Origin: a bacterium
Lineage (GTDB): Bacteria; JAMCPX01
Length of the DNA: 64,000 nt
Assembly: GCA_021787665.1 (NCBI GenBank)
Contig: JAJYLN010000011.1
Location: 2,197 to 66,196, forward strand
Reading direction: 5' to 3'
Below, one piece after another: positions 1 through 9,881 of the stretch. The position numbers were made by a program, and so were the translations under genes. The notes under the pieces are model-generated. The model was not told the origin of the DNA. It ran no database searches and saw only the letters and a program-made list of their open reading frames with translations. The number at the start of each line of letters is the position of its first letter. Positions within the stretch are counted from its first letter, which is position 1.

Positions 1-1
1 G

Positions 2-1351
2 GGAAAGGTCTATGTCAAGGACATGGCCGGTCTTGCTGTCAACAGCTTTTTCCGATCGGGAAACCTTCTCGCACTCCGGCAGCTCGCCCTCAGGGTCGTT
101 GCAGACCGGGTCGACGAGCGGATGCGGGGATACATGCAGGCGCACGCAATCGCAGGCCCCTGGCCGGTACGCGAATCGATCCTTGTTGCCGTCTACGCCA
201 GCCCGTACGCCGAGAAATTGATACGCTCGGCATTCAGGCTCGTCACCGAGACGAATGCAGAATGGACAGCCTTCTACGCAGAAACAGACCAGCATAAGAA
301 GTTGTCTGTCCGGGAGCTTGAATGGCTGAACAAGGCCATGGACCTGGCGAAGAAGCTCGGCGCGGGCGTCGTTTGGATTAAGGCCAATGATATCGTTCAG
401 GCAATCGGAGAATACGCTGCAAGCAATAACGTGACCAAGATCGTGATGGGCAAAAGCCGTCGTTTTGGCCTGTTCCCGACAATACCTCAAAAGATCATGA
501 CCAGTACGCCGAACATCGATCTGTATCTGATAGATGCCGAGACCGGAACCAACAGCCATCCGGTAAAATTCAGAAAACCGGTCTTCACGTCGGGCTGGAT
601 TAAATATGCCGGAGGGATCCTTGCCGTTGCCGCAGCATCGACAGCAGCATTCGTACTCCGTCATAACCTGAGTCAGATCAACCTGCTGTTTGTGCTGTTG
701 CTGCCGGTCATCCTCAATGCCCTGTTCATCGGGAGGGGCCCCTCCATCGTTTCGGCACTCCTCAGTATCATGATCTTCGATTATTTCTTTGTGCCACCAT
801 TCTATAGCTTTGCAGTTACGGATACCGGGTATTTCGTTTCGTACATCATCTCGCTGTTCATCGCCGTCATCATCAGCAATCTCGCTTATAAGCTCCGCAC
901 CAAAGTCGACTTGCTCAAACAGAGCGAGGCCCGAAACATCGCGTTCTACACCCTGAGCAGGGAGCTGGTTACCGCGGTGAACGTGGAACAGGTCCTTGCC
1001 ATCATCGTACGGCATACCACCCGGATATTTCCCTGCAACCTTGCTGTTTTCTTCCCGGATGCAGACCGTCTTGCCATAAAAACAAAGACACCGGGTTTTG
1101 ATGTCAATGACAAGGTGCTTGCGGTGGCGTCATGGGTCGTACTGAACAAGCAGCCGGCTGGTCACGGGACATCCACCCTGCCGCAGGAGAAGGCCACGTA
1201 CCTGCCGATGCTCGTCGAAGACACCCTCGTCGGAGTAATCGGTTTTCTGTTCGATCCGCCCGGGCAGGTCATCCTCCCCGAAAACCTTGCGGTCATGGAG
1301 ACTATTGCGCGCCTGGGTGCTATGGCTCTTGAACGGAACAGGCCGAAATAG
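2..1351 (+). CDS. kdpD: KdpD-like sensor (5'-partial): end of the KdpD N-domain, Usp domain, 4-TM DUF4118 and GAF; no histidine kinase domain
   Basis: GKVY...FFRSGNLLALRQLALRVVADRVD is typical of the KdpD N-terminus. It is followed by a Usp segment (ILVAVYASP...IVMGKSRR), TM helices with FDYFFVPPFYSF, and a GAF region ending ALERNRPK-stop. The frame is open from the window edge. Confidence 0.85.
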   Translation, partial: GKVYVKDMAGLAVNSFFRSGNLLALRQLALRVVADRVDERMRGYMQAHAIAGPWPVRESILVAVYASPYAEKLIRSAFRLVTETNAEWTAFYAETDQHKKLSVRELEWLNKAMDLAKKLGAGVVWIKANDIVQAIGEYAASNNVTKIVMGKSRRFGLFPTIPQKIMTSTPNIDLYLIDAETGTNSHPVKFRKPVFTSGWIKYAGGILAVAAASTAAFVLRHNLSQINLLFVLLLPVILNALFIGRGPSIVSALLSIMIFDYFFVPPFYSFAVTDTGYFVSYIISLFIAVIISNLAYKLRTKVDLLKQSEARNIAFYTLSRELVTAVNVEQVLAIIVRHTTRIFPCNLAVFFPDADRLAIKTKTPGFDVNDKVLAVASWVVLNKQPAGHGTSTLPQEKATYLPMLVEDTLVGVIGFLFDPPGQVILPENLAVMETIARLGAMALERNRPK

Positions 1352-1382
1352 AAACCGGGAAGTTCCTCCGGTAAGGGTATAC

Positions 1383-2607
1383 CTATGCTCCGAACTTCTT
1401 GAGGCGCAGAGCGTTTGCAAGCATCAACGGGATGATATCCGTCGAGTGGATTATGCCAAACTCGCCTTTGAGGCATTCCCTCTCTGTAAATGCTGCGGAT
1501 GTCCTGCCGAAGACATACCTGCTCTTTAACAGCACCGGAACCGGATGCCAGCTATGTCCCTTGATAAGTGCTGGCGTGGAATGGTCTGCGGTTATGACGA
1601 GGACGTCCGGATTGAGCGACAGGATATCCGGAAGGTTTTTATCAAACTCTTCTATGACCCTGCACTTGCCTTCGAAATTGCCGTCCTCCCCGTTCGAATC
1701 CGTTTTCTTCACGTGGAGGTAAAAGAAATCATAGTTGTCATAATTTTTTTCAGGGTTTCTATCTCCTGCGCGATGCCTCCTTCGGGCTTGATTGTATCCA
1801 TACCGAGCAGTTTCGCAACACCGAGGTACATGGGGTACGTAGCGATGGCAAGAGATCTCACGCCGTAAACGTCATTGAACTTAGGTATCTTCGGCACGGA
1901 TGAAAACCCCCGTAAAAGAATATAATTTGCTTTCTCCTGATCCTTCAGTATTTGAGCTGCCTTTTCCACGAACTGAAGTGCGATCTCCAGGACATGTTTT
2001 GCCTGTTTGTCTGAAGGCGACGGCACTACCGGTTCAAGCCCTTCTTTTTGCGGGTCTGTATCCTCAATAAGATCCGCACCCTTTTCCAATGCGCGGGGAA
2101 ACCTTAAAACAAGGGCAAATCTGTGTTCCATACCGGGAAGCAGGATGACCTGTGCATCATCGATCTGCTGTATCTTTTCCTGCAGCATCTGTGTGATCTT
2201 TTTGCTGCGGTCCGTGGGGATCCTGCCGGCCCTCCTGTCCTTGATGATGGTCTTCGATCCCTCCTGCACCGCTGTCGCATAATTGCACCGGATGGCTATG
2301 TCGTTTTCCGTCAGGTGTATGCCAAGTCCGAGGGCCTCGAGGACACCCTGCCGATTTCGTACTGAAGGGGATTATAGCCGAATATCCCCAGATGACCGGG
2401 ACCGCTGCCAGGGGTAATTCCGTAAGCAACCGGCACCTGCAATCCGCATGCAGAACTCCGGGCCAATGCAGAGAGGTTCGGCGTGTCCGCCTTTTCAAGC
2501 TCGCTGACGCCGTTGACCGGCAGTCCGCCGACACCGTCCATCACAACAAGAGCGAGCTTCGTCGTATTGGATTCTATCAGGGGCCTTAACAATTCTTGAT
2601 CATTCAT
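1383..2607 (-). pseudogene. apgM: 2,3-bisphosphoglycerate-independent phosphoglycerate mutase (ApgM-type), split by two frameshifts
   Basis: Three collinear ORF pieces carry [49 protein letters not shown] and ITADHSTPA...GHSWHPVP. One base is missing in homopolymers at about 2346-2348 (G3) and 1744-1750 (A7). Confidence 0.85.
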
Positions 2608-2617
2608 ACCGTCTCTT

Positions 2618-2735
2618 TTGCATGGGTGTTCGCCGCAATCCCTCCTGCCATAGGAGGGAAGGTCACGGCGAACTATACGATTACCTTGTTCCCTGCCAAC
2701 GAAGAATCCTCGCTGTTTACAGCGTGGTTCTTCAA
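2618..2735. repeat. Double-hairpin intergenic element, copy 1 (MITE/REP-like)
   Basis: Hairpin GAAGAATCCTCGCTG-TTTA-CAGCGTGGTTCTTC at 2701-2733. A second stem TTCGCCG..CCCTCCT/AGGAGGG..CGGCGAA lies at about 2629-2672. Homologous to 57730-57835. Confidence 0.6.
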
Positions 2736-2785
2736 GAATGGAGTAAACTGTATCAGACAATACCGTATTTGGCAATCATTGCAGG

Positions 2786-3889
2786 CTAAAACCAGCCGTA
2801 AAAAAGTCCGTATAGCGTAACGAGTATCCGTGATCTGTGGAGGAGAAAATACCGTTTGAACCATCCCATGTTCGACCGGTAAACCTTAAAACGCTTTATC
2901 TTGTAGGGATTGCCGCCTCGCACATTCGCGCCCTTGTCCGTGGTTACCGCGCCCCTGTATCCGAGGTCCTTCACGACCTCTATGGTGCGCCTGCCATACT
3001 CCCCCCAGGGGAAGCACAGGAACCCAGGCACAGCGCCGATATGTCCGGCTATCACCTGCCTGCTCTTTTCGAGGTCGGCCCTGCACCGCCTCGCATAGCT
3101 GTCCCCGGACTCATAGATGACCTTCACCGGGTGCTGCCTCCTGTATCCCCGGTACGCCTGCCGCAGCACGCGGAGAACGCCTGCCTCGGTGGGGTCGAGC
3201 GGACCCTCTTTCACGAGCTTTACGAGGTGCTCGTTGAGCCTGTAGTCCCCGGTAAAGTTCCTGTGTGCCAGAGAAGAGCCTGTCCGGTACCGCACCGTGC
3301 CCGGCCTCGTATCGCCCCATACGGGCCAATCGAGCTCGACACCCGTGTTGAAGCCGGCTACCCTGTCATCGCGGTAGACCCTGTCGTGGAACAGGCTGTG
3401 ATCCTCCACCTGGACAAGCCCGGACTCCGCCATCGCCTTGAGCTCGTCCCATGTCGCGAAGTTCGCTGTCGCCTCCGCATTTGCTCCGCTGCGCGCGGTA
3501 TAGCCCCTTGCCTGCTCCCTCGGTCCGGCATCGATCGACTGCTTCCTCGCGCCGGTGACGGCAAACACCGTGGCCTTGAGGCCGGACTTTTTGAGAATGG
3601 GGAAAAGATGGCGGTAGTTGCAATAAAACCCGTCGTCGAACGTCAGCACAAAGCTCTTTCTTCCCGGCCTGTGCAGGCCCTGCATGAACTCAGCAAGTTC
3701 AAGCAGCGATATGCTCCGGTATCCCTTCGAGAGCAGGTACTGCATCTGTATCTCGAACACCCGGGGCGTTATCGGGTCGCCCGGCTCGACATGATGGTAG
3801 TATAGCACCGGTATGGAGTACGCCCTGAATTCGAGGTACCATACCGCAAGGGCCGTCAACGATGCAGCGAGGAGGATACCGTATATCAT
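2786..3889 (-). CDS. Polysaccharide deacetylase (NodB/CE4, IcaB/PgaB-like) with N-terminal TM anchor
   Basis: IPVLYYHHV, LTFDDGF, HSLFH and FPWG motifs. Confidence 0.85.
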   Translation of the reverse strand: MIYGILLAASLTALAVWYLEFRAYSIPVLYYHHVEPGDPITPRVFEIQMQYLLSKGYRSISLLELAEFMQGLHRPGRKSFVLTFDDGFYCNYRHLFPILKKSGLKATVFAVTGARKQSIDAGPREQARGYTARSGANAEATANFATWDELKAMAESGLVQVEDHSLFHDRVYRDDRVAGFNTGVELDWPVWGDTRPGTVRYRTGSSLAHRNFTGDYRLNEHLVKLVKEGPLDPTEAGVLRVLRQAYRGYRRQHPVKVIYESGDSYARRCRADLEKSRQVIAGHIGAVPGFLCFPWGEYGRRTIEVVKDLGYRGAVTTDKGANVRGGNPYKIKRFKVYRSNMGWFKRYFLLHRSRILVTLYGLFYGWF

Positions 3890-4959
3890 AGCAAGGCCCT
3901 GAAGAGGTCCTCGGTCTTTTGCGAGACGACCTCAACCGAGAAGCCGTGCTCGATAGTTGTGCGTGCGTGTACGCCGAGCTCGTGTGCCCGGGCAGGGTTA
4001 TTCAGTAGTCCGCACACGGCATCGGCTATCTCCCTTTCCGAGCCCGGCCGCACGAATACGCCATTCACGCCGGGGGAGACGACGTCGAGCATTCCCCCGG
4101 TCCTGCTTACGACGACCGGCTTCTGCATCGCCATGGCCTCGAGCAGCGAGGTGCCCAGACCCTCCACGATCGAGGGGAACACGAATACGTCCATTGCCCT
4201 GAGGTATGGCCGGACGTCTTGCCGGAACCCGGTGAATACGATCCTGTCCCGCACGCCGAGCCTGTCCGCAAGGCCTACGAGTTCTGTGTCGCTATCACGT
4301 ACCCCGACGTCCACGAAGCGTGCGTCCGGGTACCGCTTCAGTATCAGAGGCATGGCCGACAGAAAGTAGCTATGTCCCTTTTGCCGGTTCGCGTTGCCCA
4401 CGGTGCCGACGACCGGGCCTTTGCCGGAGAGCTCCGGGGCAGGGGCGATGCCCGCCGGGTCATACTGACTGCTATCGATGGCGTCCGGTATCACGGCGAT
4501 GTGTCCTTCGCTAACGCCGGTCATGACGAGGCTCTGCTTCACATCGTTCGATATGGCTATCACGCGGTCCACGAACCACTCGTACTTCACCTTTGCAGAT
4601 ATCCGCGAGGGGATGCCGTACGGCACCCTCCTCGTTACGATGAACCTCGAGCGGGTCGATAGCATGTTCGCTACCATGGCTATGGTGTGCGCGGTCGGCC
4701 TGTGGACATTGATGACATCGAACCTGCCCCGCCTCAGAAAGCCAGCCATCCTTGCCATGGAGAAAACGTCGGCTTCCTTGTTCATCCTGAAGGGATGGAC
4801 GTCCATGGACTCTGCGGCAAGTCTCCTGCCGAGCTCGCTGTCGCCCGAGGCAACGATAGACACGGCATTACCCCTGTCCCGGAGTCCTTTCGCCAGCAGG
4901 TAGACCTGGTACTGTCCCCCGCTCCAGCCCGACGAAGATGTTGCAAGAAGGATCTTCAT
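3886..4959 (-). CDS. Glycosyltransferase family 4 (GT-B fold)
   Basis: MKILL...SGGQ N-terminus; DVFVFPSIVEGLGTSLLEAMAMQKPVV (EX7E motif). Overlaps the next gene by 4 bp. Confidence 0.9.
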   Translation of the reverse strand: MKILLATSSSGWSGGQYQVYLLAKGLRDRGNAVSIVASGDSELGRRLAAESMDVHPFRMNKEADVFSMARMAGFLRRGRFDVINVHRPTAHTIAMVANMLSTRSRFIVTRRVPYGIPSRISAKVKYEWFVDRVIAISNDVKQSLVMTGVSEGHIAVIPDAIDSSQYDPAGIAPAPELSGKGPVVGTVGNANRQKGHSYFLSAMPLILKRYPDARFVDVGVRDSDTELVGLADRLGVRDRIVFTGFRQDVRPYLRAMDVFVFPSIVEGLGTSLLEAMAMQKPVVVSRTGGMLDVVSPGVNGVFVRPGSEREIADAVCGLLNNPARAHELGVHARTTIEHGFSVEVVSQKTEDLFRALL

Positions 4960-4967
4960 CTCCCGGG

Positions 4968-6956
4968 TTACTCTATCGTAAACTGGATATTGACCCTTCT
5001 GTTTATGGCCCTCGCCCCGGACGACGTATTGGGCTCTACTGGCTGGGTCTCTCCGAAGCCCCTGGTCCGCAGGCGGTCCGGGTCTATCCCATGACTGACG
5101 AGGTATTGCTTGACGGCATCCGCCCGTGCTGCGGAGAGTTTCTCGTTCAATAGGCGGGAGCCGGAATTGTCCGTATTTCCCTCTATCAGGATATGGATGG
5201 CAGGGTTGTTTCTCAGGAGCCTCACCAGGTCATCGAGGATCGGATAGAATACCGGGAGCACCTTTGCACTGCCCAGATCGAAGTGGATGGACTGCGCCCG
5301 TATGGTTATCTTCCGCATTGCCCGCTCGAGGACCGGGGACGGCCTGCCCACGGCGGTGCCGGACACCGGCCCTGCTGCCTGGCTCGGCACGAGCGCGAAC
5401 GCCGCGACGGTCTTTCCGCCCTCAGTTATGTCCACACCCTCTGTATTGCTCGTGAAGCCCTGCGCCGAGGCCGTGACCTGATAGCTACCCGGGGGCAGCT
5501 TGACAGCATAGGCGCCTGTCTCCGGGTCCGTGCCTATGGGTGCCTGGGCAGGGCTGTTGAACGAGATGACCGCAGCGAGGGGCGCCCCGGTCGTGTCGGT
5601 CACCGTGCCGGCAAGCTCCCCTTGCCTCGGGACCGGCCTGCTCTCCGCTGTGGGGGACACCGGGGCAGCCGCACGCTGGCTCGGCTCAAGCATGAACTGT
5701 GCGGTGGTCTTTGCGTTCTTGAGTATTTCGATAGTTACCGTCTGGCTCGTGAAGCCCTCCGCGGAGACGGTGACCTGGTAGCTGCCCGGGGGCAGCCTGA
5801 CGGAGAAGATGCCTGTCTCCGGGTCCGTGCCCAGGGGAGACTGTGTCGGGCTGTTGAACGAGATGACCGCTGCAACAGGGAGGCCGGTGGTCGTGTCGGT
5901 CACCATGCCGGCCAATTCGCCGGACACCGGCAGCTCGGCCTTTTGGGCAGCAGGGGTCGCGCCGGGTAGGATCGTGTAGCTGGCCCCGAGGATGATGGTC
6001 CACGGAGGCACCCCGCTGACTTCTGTCGTTGTACCCGGCGGCGAGCCCGGTACGGACAGATTCTCGTCCCTCGTGAGGCCTATCTCGGCGGCAAGGTCTA
6101 TCGCAAGGGCCCTGAGCGGGGTGAACCGTACGCCCGGGATGAGGTACTGCGGGGACTGGTCATAGCGGAGCCCCACCCCGGAGGTGCCCAGAAGCTGGTT
6201 CGTGTAGTACTGGATAAACGGCGTCACCAGCGTGAGGGGGACCTGAAGTCCGATCGCGCCCAGTATCTGGTCGGTGTGATAGACCCCCAGGGCGTATTCA
6301 ATCTCGTTTCTCGGGAGCCCGGAGCTGTACAGGTCCGCCACCGTCGTGTACGGACCGATGGTATAGTTCGGGGCCGTCAGCAGGTATCTGGAATTGTCCC
6401 ACCGGAACCCCAGATTAACGTCGAATATCAGGGGGACGTTCCTTGTCACGTCGAGCTGTTTGGAAACCAGTATCCTCATGCCGAAGCCCGTGGCACGCAT
6501 GTGATAGCCGAATGCCCCGGTTGCGGTGTACAGTCTCGTAAGGGCATAGAGGCCAACGGTCAGGTCGGAGGGCAAACGGTAGCTTACCTTGGCGCCGGCG
6601 GTGAGATCGCCGAATATCGTATATATGCTGTCTTTGCCAATAGCGTTGTTCGTTATCGTTTGCGTGGAATTCGACTCGTTCAGGAATACCTCGAGCCAGT
6701 CTGTAGCACCGTAGGTCACATCGATATTCCCCTCGAGCCTCTGGTTGGTATCGGCCGCCGTATTCAGGAGGTCCTTGGCATAGAAATAGAGCCCATCTAT
6801 CCCGAAGGTTATTGCCCTTGCAGGCAGGCCCTGTGCAGAGACGAGCCGTACGATGCCCGTCTCTCCGTACAGCGCACTGCCGGTCGGACCGGCGGCATGG
6901 GCTGCCGTTGCAACAAGGAAGAGTCCTGCGATCGCTACCGATACTGTTTTTCTCAT
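4968..6956 (-). CDS. Outer-membrane protein: signal peptide, probable beta-barrel, two CarboxypepD_reg-like repeats, C-terminal OmpA peptidoglycan-binding domain
   Basis: Signal MRKTVSV...AHA. Amphipathic strands end in IILGASY. Duplicated GELAGxVTDT...LPPGSYQVT unit. OmpA motifs IHFD...IEGNTD..G...N..LS..RA...NRRV. Confidence 0.8.
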   Translation of the reverse strand: MRKTVSVAIAGLFLVATAAHAAGPTGSALYGETGIVRLVSAQGLPARAITFGIDGLYFYAKDLLNTAADTNQRLEGNIDVTYGATDWLEVFLNESNSTQTITNNAIGKDSIYTIFGDLTAGAKVSYRLPSDLTVGLYALTRLYTATGAFGYHMRATGFGMRILVSKQLDVTRNVPLIFDVNLGFRWDNSRYLLTAPNYTIGPYTTVADLYSSGLPRNEIEYALGVYHTDQILGAIGLQVPLTLVTPFIQYYTNQLLGTSGVGLRYDQSPQYLIPGVRFTPLRALAIDLAAEIGLTRDENLSVPGSPPGTTTEVSGVPPWTIILGASYTILPGATPAAQKAELPVSGELAGMVTDTTTGLPVAAVISFNSPTQSPLGTDPETGIFSVRLPPGSYQVTVSAEGFTSQTVTIEILKNAKTTAQFMLEPSQRAAAPVSPTAESRPVPRQGELAGTVTDTTGAPLAAVISFNSPAQAPIGTDPETGAYAVKLPPGSYQVTASAQGFTSNTEGVDITEGGKTVAAFALVPSQAAGPVSGTAVGRPSPVLERAMRKITIRAQSIHFDLGSAKVLPVFYPILDDLVRLLRNNPAIHILIEGNTDNSGSRLLNEKLSAARADAVKQYLVSHGIDPDRLRTRGFGETQPVEPNTSSGARAINRRVNIQFTIE

Positions 6957-6957
6957 A

Positions 6958-9738
6958 TCAGTGTAGCGCGTAGAGAATAAAGTCATCGGAGCCGACATAG
7001 ATGGTGCCATCCGGGCCTATGGCCGGAGAAGAGTCTATAGCGCCGCCCGTAGTATAGCTCCACCTGAATGTTCCATCCGGGTTGATTGCGTACAGGGTAT
7101 GGTCTTCAGAACCGACGTAGATAGTTCCGTCCGCTCCTATGGCCGGAGAAGAATTGATGACGCCTGTCGTGGTGTAGGTCCAGTCCAGCGAGCCCGTCGA
7201 GAAGATCGCATACAGGATGCCGTCGTTCGCCCCGATGTAGATGGTACCGTTCCCGCCTATCGCGGGCGAGGAATACCCTATGGTGCTGCCGGTGGTATAG
7301 CTCCAGTCGAGCCCGCCCCGGGGGCTAATCGCATAAAGATTACCGTTACTTGCGCCGACATAGATGGTGCCGTCCGCACCGATGGCCGGGGAAGAGTATA
7401 TACTTGCGCCGGTAGCGTAGCTCCACTCGGGCATACCGTTCGCCGGGTTGATCGCATACACGCTGCCGTTGCCGGAGCCGATATACACGGTACCGTCCGC
7501 ACCGATGGCCGGGGAGGCGTAGATCTGGCTGCTCGTGGTATAGGTCCACTTCAGCCCCCCGCCGGCGCCTATCGCATACAGCTTGCCGTCGCTCGATCCG
7601 ATATACACGGTACCGTCCGCACCGATGGCCGGGGACGAATACCAGATGGGGCCGCCGGTGGAAAACGGCCATCCCGGGGCTAAGGTGCCGTTTGGCTCGA
7701 TGGCATACAGCTTGCCGTCGCTCGATCCGATATAGATCATGCCACGGGAGCTTACTGCCGGGGACGAGTACCAGATGGGGCTGCCGGTAGCATAGCTCCA
7801 TCTGAGCGTTCCGCTCGGGGTAACGGCGTACAGCTTGCCATCGTCGGAACCCACATAGACGGTGCCATCCCAGCCCATGGCCGGCGATGAATAGACGTAG
7901 TCACCGGTGGTGAAGCCCCATTGGAATGCCCCGGTCACCGAGCTCGTATCGATAGGGCTCAGCCCGGTCGAGCCGATGTCCCTGTGGAACCTTGGCCATG
8001 AGCTGCCGCTGCTCATTACGACGGAGCTGCTGCCGGTCACCGAGGCGCCATACCCGTCGCTAACCAGTACCGTTACATCGTAGTATCCGGGGATTCCCGG
8101 AGAGGTCCATGCGGCCGAGCTGCCCGATGCTACAGGCACACCGCCGATGTACCACAGGTAGTTCAGGCTGTCACCGTCCGGGTCCGACGCACTGCAGGTG
8201 AGCACGGTGCTGGTAATAACGGGCTGGGGAGAGACCGAAACGCTCGCTATGAAGGGCGGCCACTGGGGCGTCGTGCTGACGGCGAGCGAGCCAGTCGCCA
8301 TGCCGCCATGTCCGTCAGTCACCGTTACGGTGACATACCCGGCAGCACTGTGGGTCGAAGGCGGGAACAGCCATGCATGCGGGCCGGACTGGGTTATGCC
8401 CCATCCGGACGTGGCCGTCCACGAGTAAGCGAGCGTGTCGCCGTCGGTGTCCGACGCATTTGCGATGACCGTTACGGTCTGGTTCGTCGCGACCGGGTTG
8501 GGCGACGCAGACATGCTGCTTATCGTAGGTATGCCGTTGCCGGACGTGCTGACCTGCAAGGTAGCGCTCACCACGCTGCCGTAGCCGTCGTCCACGGTGA
8601 CCGTGATATTCCCGGCCGCGCTGTAGGTATCCGGGGCTACGACCGTGGCCGTGGCCCCGAAGCCGGTGACGGTCCATCCGGAGGAAGTCGTCCACGAGTA
8701 CGTAAGTGCGTCCCCGTCAGGATCCGACGCCGCAGCAGTCATGACGATTACTCCGTTCGGCACTACCGGGTTCGGAGCGGCGGTAAGGCCCGCTATGACC
8801 GGCACGCTGTTGGCGATGGTACCGAGGGCGATGGTAGCGCTTACTACGCCGCCATAGCCGTCGTACACGATCACCGTCACGTTCCCGGCCGCGCTGTAGG
8901 TATCCGGGGCTACCACCGTGGCGGTGGCACCGTAGCCGGTTATCGGCCACCCGGCGGTTGCCGTCCAGGCATACCCGATGGCGTCTCCGTCCGGGTCTGC
9001 CGCCCCGACGGACACGATAATCGTCTGATGGAGGCCAGCAGGGCTGGGTAATGCGGAGATACTGCTTATCACCGGCATGCTGTTGCCTTCCGTACCCACG
9101 TTTATGGAGCCGCTCGCCACGCCCCCGTGGCCGTCATTCACGGTCACAGAGACCGTGCCGCTGCTGGCGTAGCTGTCAGGGGCCGTTACCGTTATCCCCG
9201 GCGTGCCTTGTCCGGAGTTGATGGCCCAGCCCGTCGTGACCGTCCAGGTGTAGGCCAGGGCGTAGCCGTTCGTGTCCGAGGCAGTCACGGAGATGCTCAT
9301 GGCCCCTCCCTTACCAACGGGGTTGGGCAGCGCGGTGATGCTGCTTATCACCGGCAGGCTGGTGGGAGTGGGAGGCGTGCCTGTCTCGGTGGTCACGGCG
9401 AGTGTGCTGTGTGCCGTCTTTCCATTGCCATCGTCCACCGTCACCGTGACAGCACCGGCCGCATTATTGGTCAACGGAGCCACGACCGTAGCCGTGGTGC
9501 CGTAGCCGGTCACCGCCCATCCCGCCGAGGCTGACCACGCATAATGGAGCACGTCCCCGTCGGCGTCAGACGCTATGGCCACGGCGCTCATCGTGCTGCC
9601 CGGGGCCGCTGGGTTTGGTGTTATCTTCAGGCTGCTCACCAGAGGGGAGGTATTACCTTGTGGTCTGCCGCACCCTGCTACCAGAAGAGATAAAAAACCC
9701 ACGACGCCGACCAGGATACTCTTGAGGTTCTCTGTCAT
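6958..9738 (-). CDS. Lipoprotein with about 6 Ig-like (PKD/cadherin-like) repeats and a C-terminal PQQ-type (BamB-like) beta-propeller
   Basis: Lipobox LVAG-C. Repeats of P.I.S..A.PNPV...ASDxDGDxLxYxW...VTVxDGxGG. About 8 repeats of YSSPAIGADGTxYxGSxDxxLYAI. Confidence 0.85.
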   Translation of the reverse strand: MTENLKSILVGVVGFLSLLVAGCGRPQGNTSPLVSSLKITPNPAAPGSTMSAVAIASDADGDVLHYAWSASAGWAVTGYGTTATVVAPLTNNAAGAVTVTVDDGNGKTAHSTLAVTTETGTPPTPTSLPVISSITALPNPVGKGGAMSISVTASDTNGYALAYTWTVTTGWAINSGQGTPGITVTAPDSYASSGTVSVTVNDGHGGVASGSINVGTEGNSMPVISSISALPSPAGLHQTIIVSVGAADPDGDAIGYAWTATAGWPITGYGATATVVAPDTYSAAGNVTVIVYDGYGGVVSATIALGTIANSVPVIAGLTAAPNPVVPNGVIVMTAAASDPDGDALTYSWTTSSGWTVTGFGATATVVAPDTYSAAGNITVTVDDGYGSVVSATLQVSTSGNGIPTISSMSASPNPVATNQTVTVIANASDTDGDTLAYSWTATSGWGITQSGPHAWLFPPSTHSAAGYVTVTVTDGHGGMATGSLAVSTTPQWPPFIASVSVSPQPVITSTVLTCSASDPDGDSLNYLWYIGGVPVASGSSAAWTSPGIPGYYDVTVLVSDGYGASVTGSSSVVMSSGSSWPRFHRDIGSTGLSPIDTSSVTGAFQWGFTTGDYVYSSPAMGWDGTVYVGSDDGKLYAVTPSGTLRWSYATGSPIWYSSPAVSSRGMIYIGSSDGKLYAIEPNGTLAPGWPFSTGGPIWYSSPAIGADGTVYIGSSDGKLYAIGAGGGLKWTYTTSSQIYASPAIGADGTVYIGSGNGSVYAINPANGMPEWSYATGASIYSSPAIGADGTIYVGASNGNLYAISPRGGLDWSYTTGSTIGYSSPAIGGNGTIYIGANDGILYAIFSTGSLDWTYTTTGVINSSPAIGADGTIYVGSEDHTLYAINPDGTFRWSYTTGGAIDSSPAIGPDGTIYVGSDDFILYALH

Positions 9739-9881
9739 ACATCTTTCCTTCATCGCCGATACAGGATTCCTTATAGCACTTTTTTATGATTGAAGTAACA
9801 ATTATCACAGCAGCACATGGGGACGGTTCAGGGCTGCCGGTTGAAGAGGGATCGTGAACACCCCCAACATGCATGCGGGGC

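Noticed and set aside
2618-2735. Known riboswitch (c-di-AMP, c-di-GMP) upstream of apgM
   Set aside because: I could not find the consensus motifs, and the second copy next to a tRNA fits a dispersed element better. An Rfam search is still needed.
7000-7900. Regular ~120-bp repeats as a CRISPR array or DGR template/variable pair
   Set aside because: The repeats are in-frame propeller blades. There are no unique spacers, cas genes or reverse transcriptase, and no evident adenine-specific mismatch pattern.
6958-7990. Calling the propeller a PQQ-dependent dehydrogenase or BamB
   Set aside because: It is a simple repeat propeller on an Ig stalk, without visible quinoprotein catalytic features or the bam gene context.
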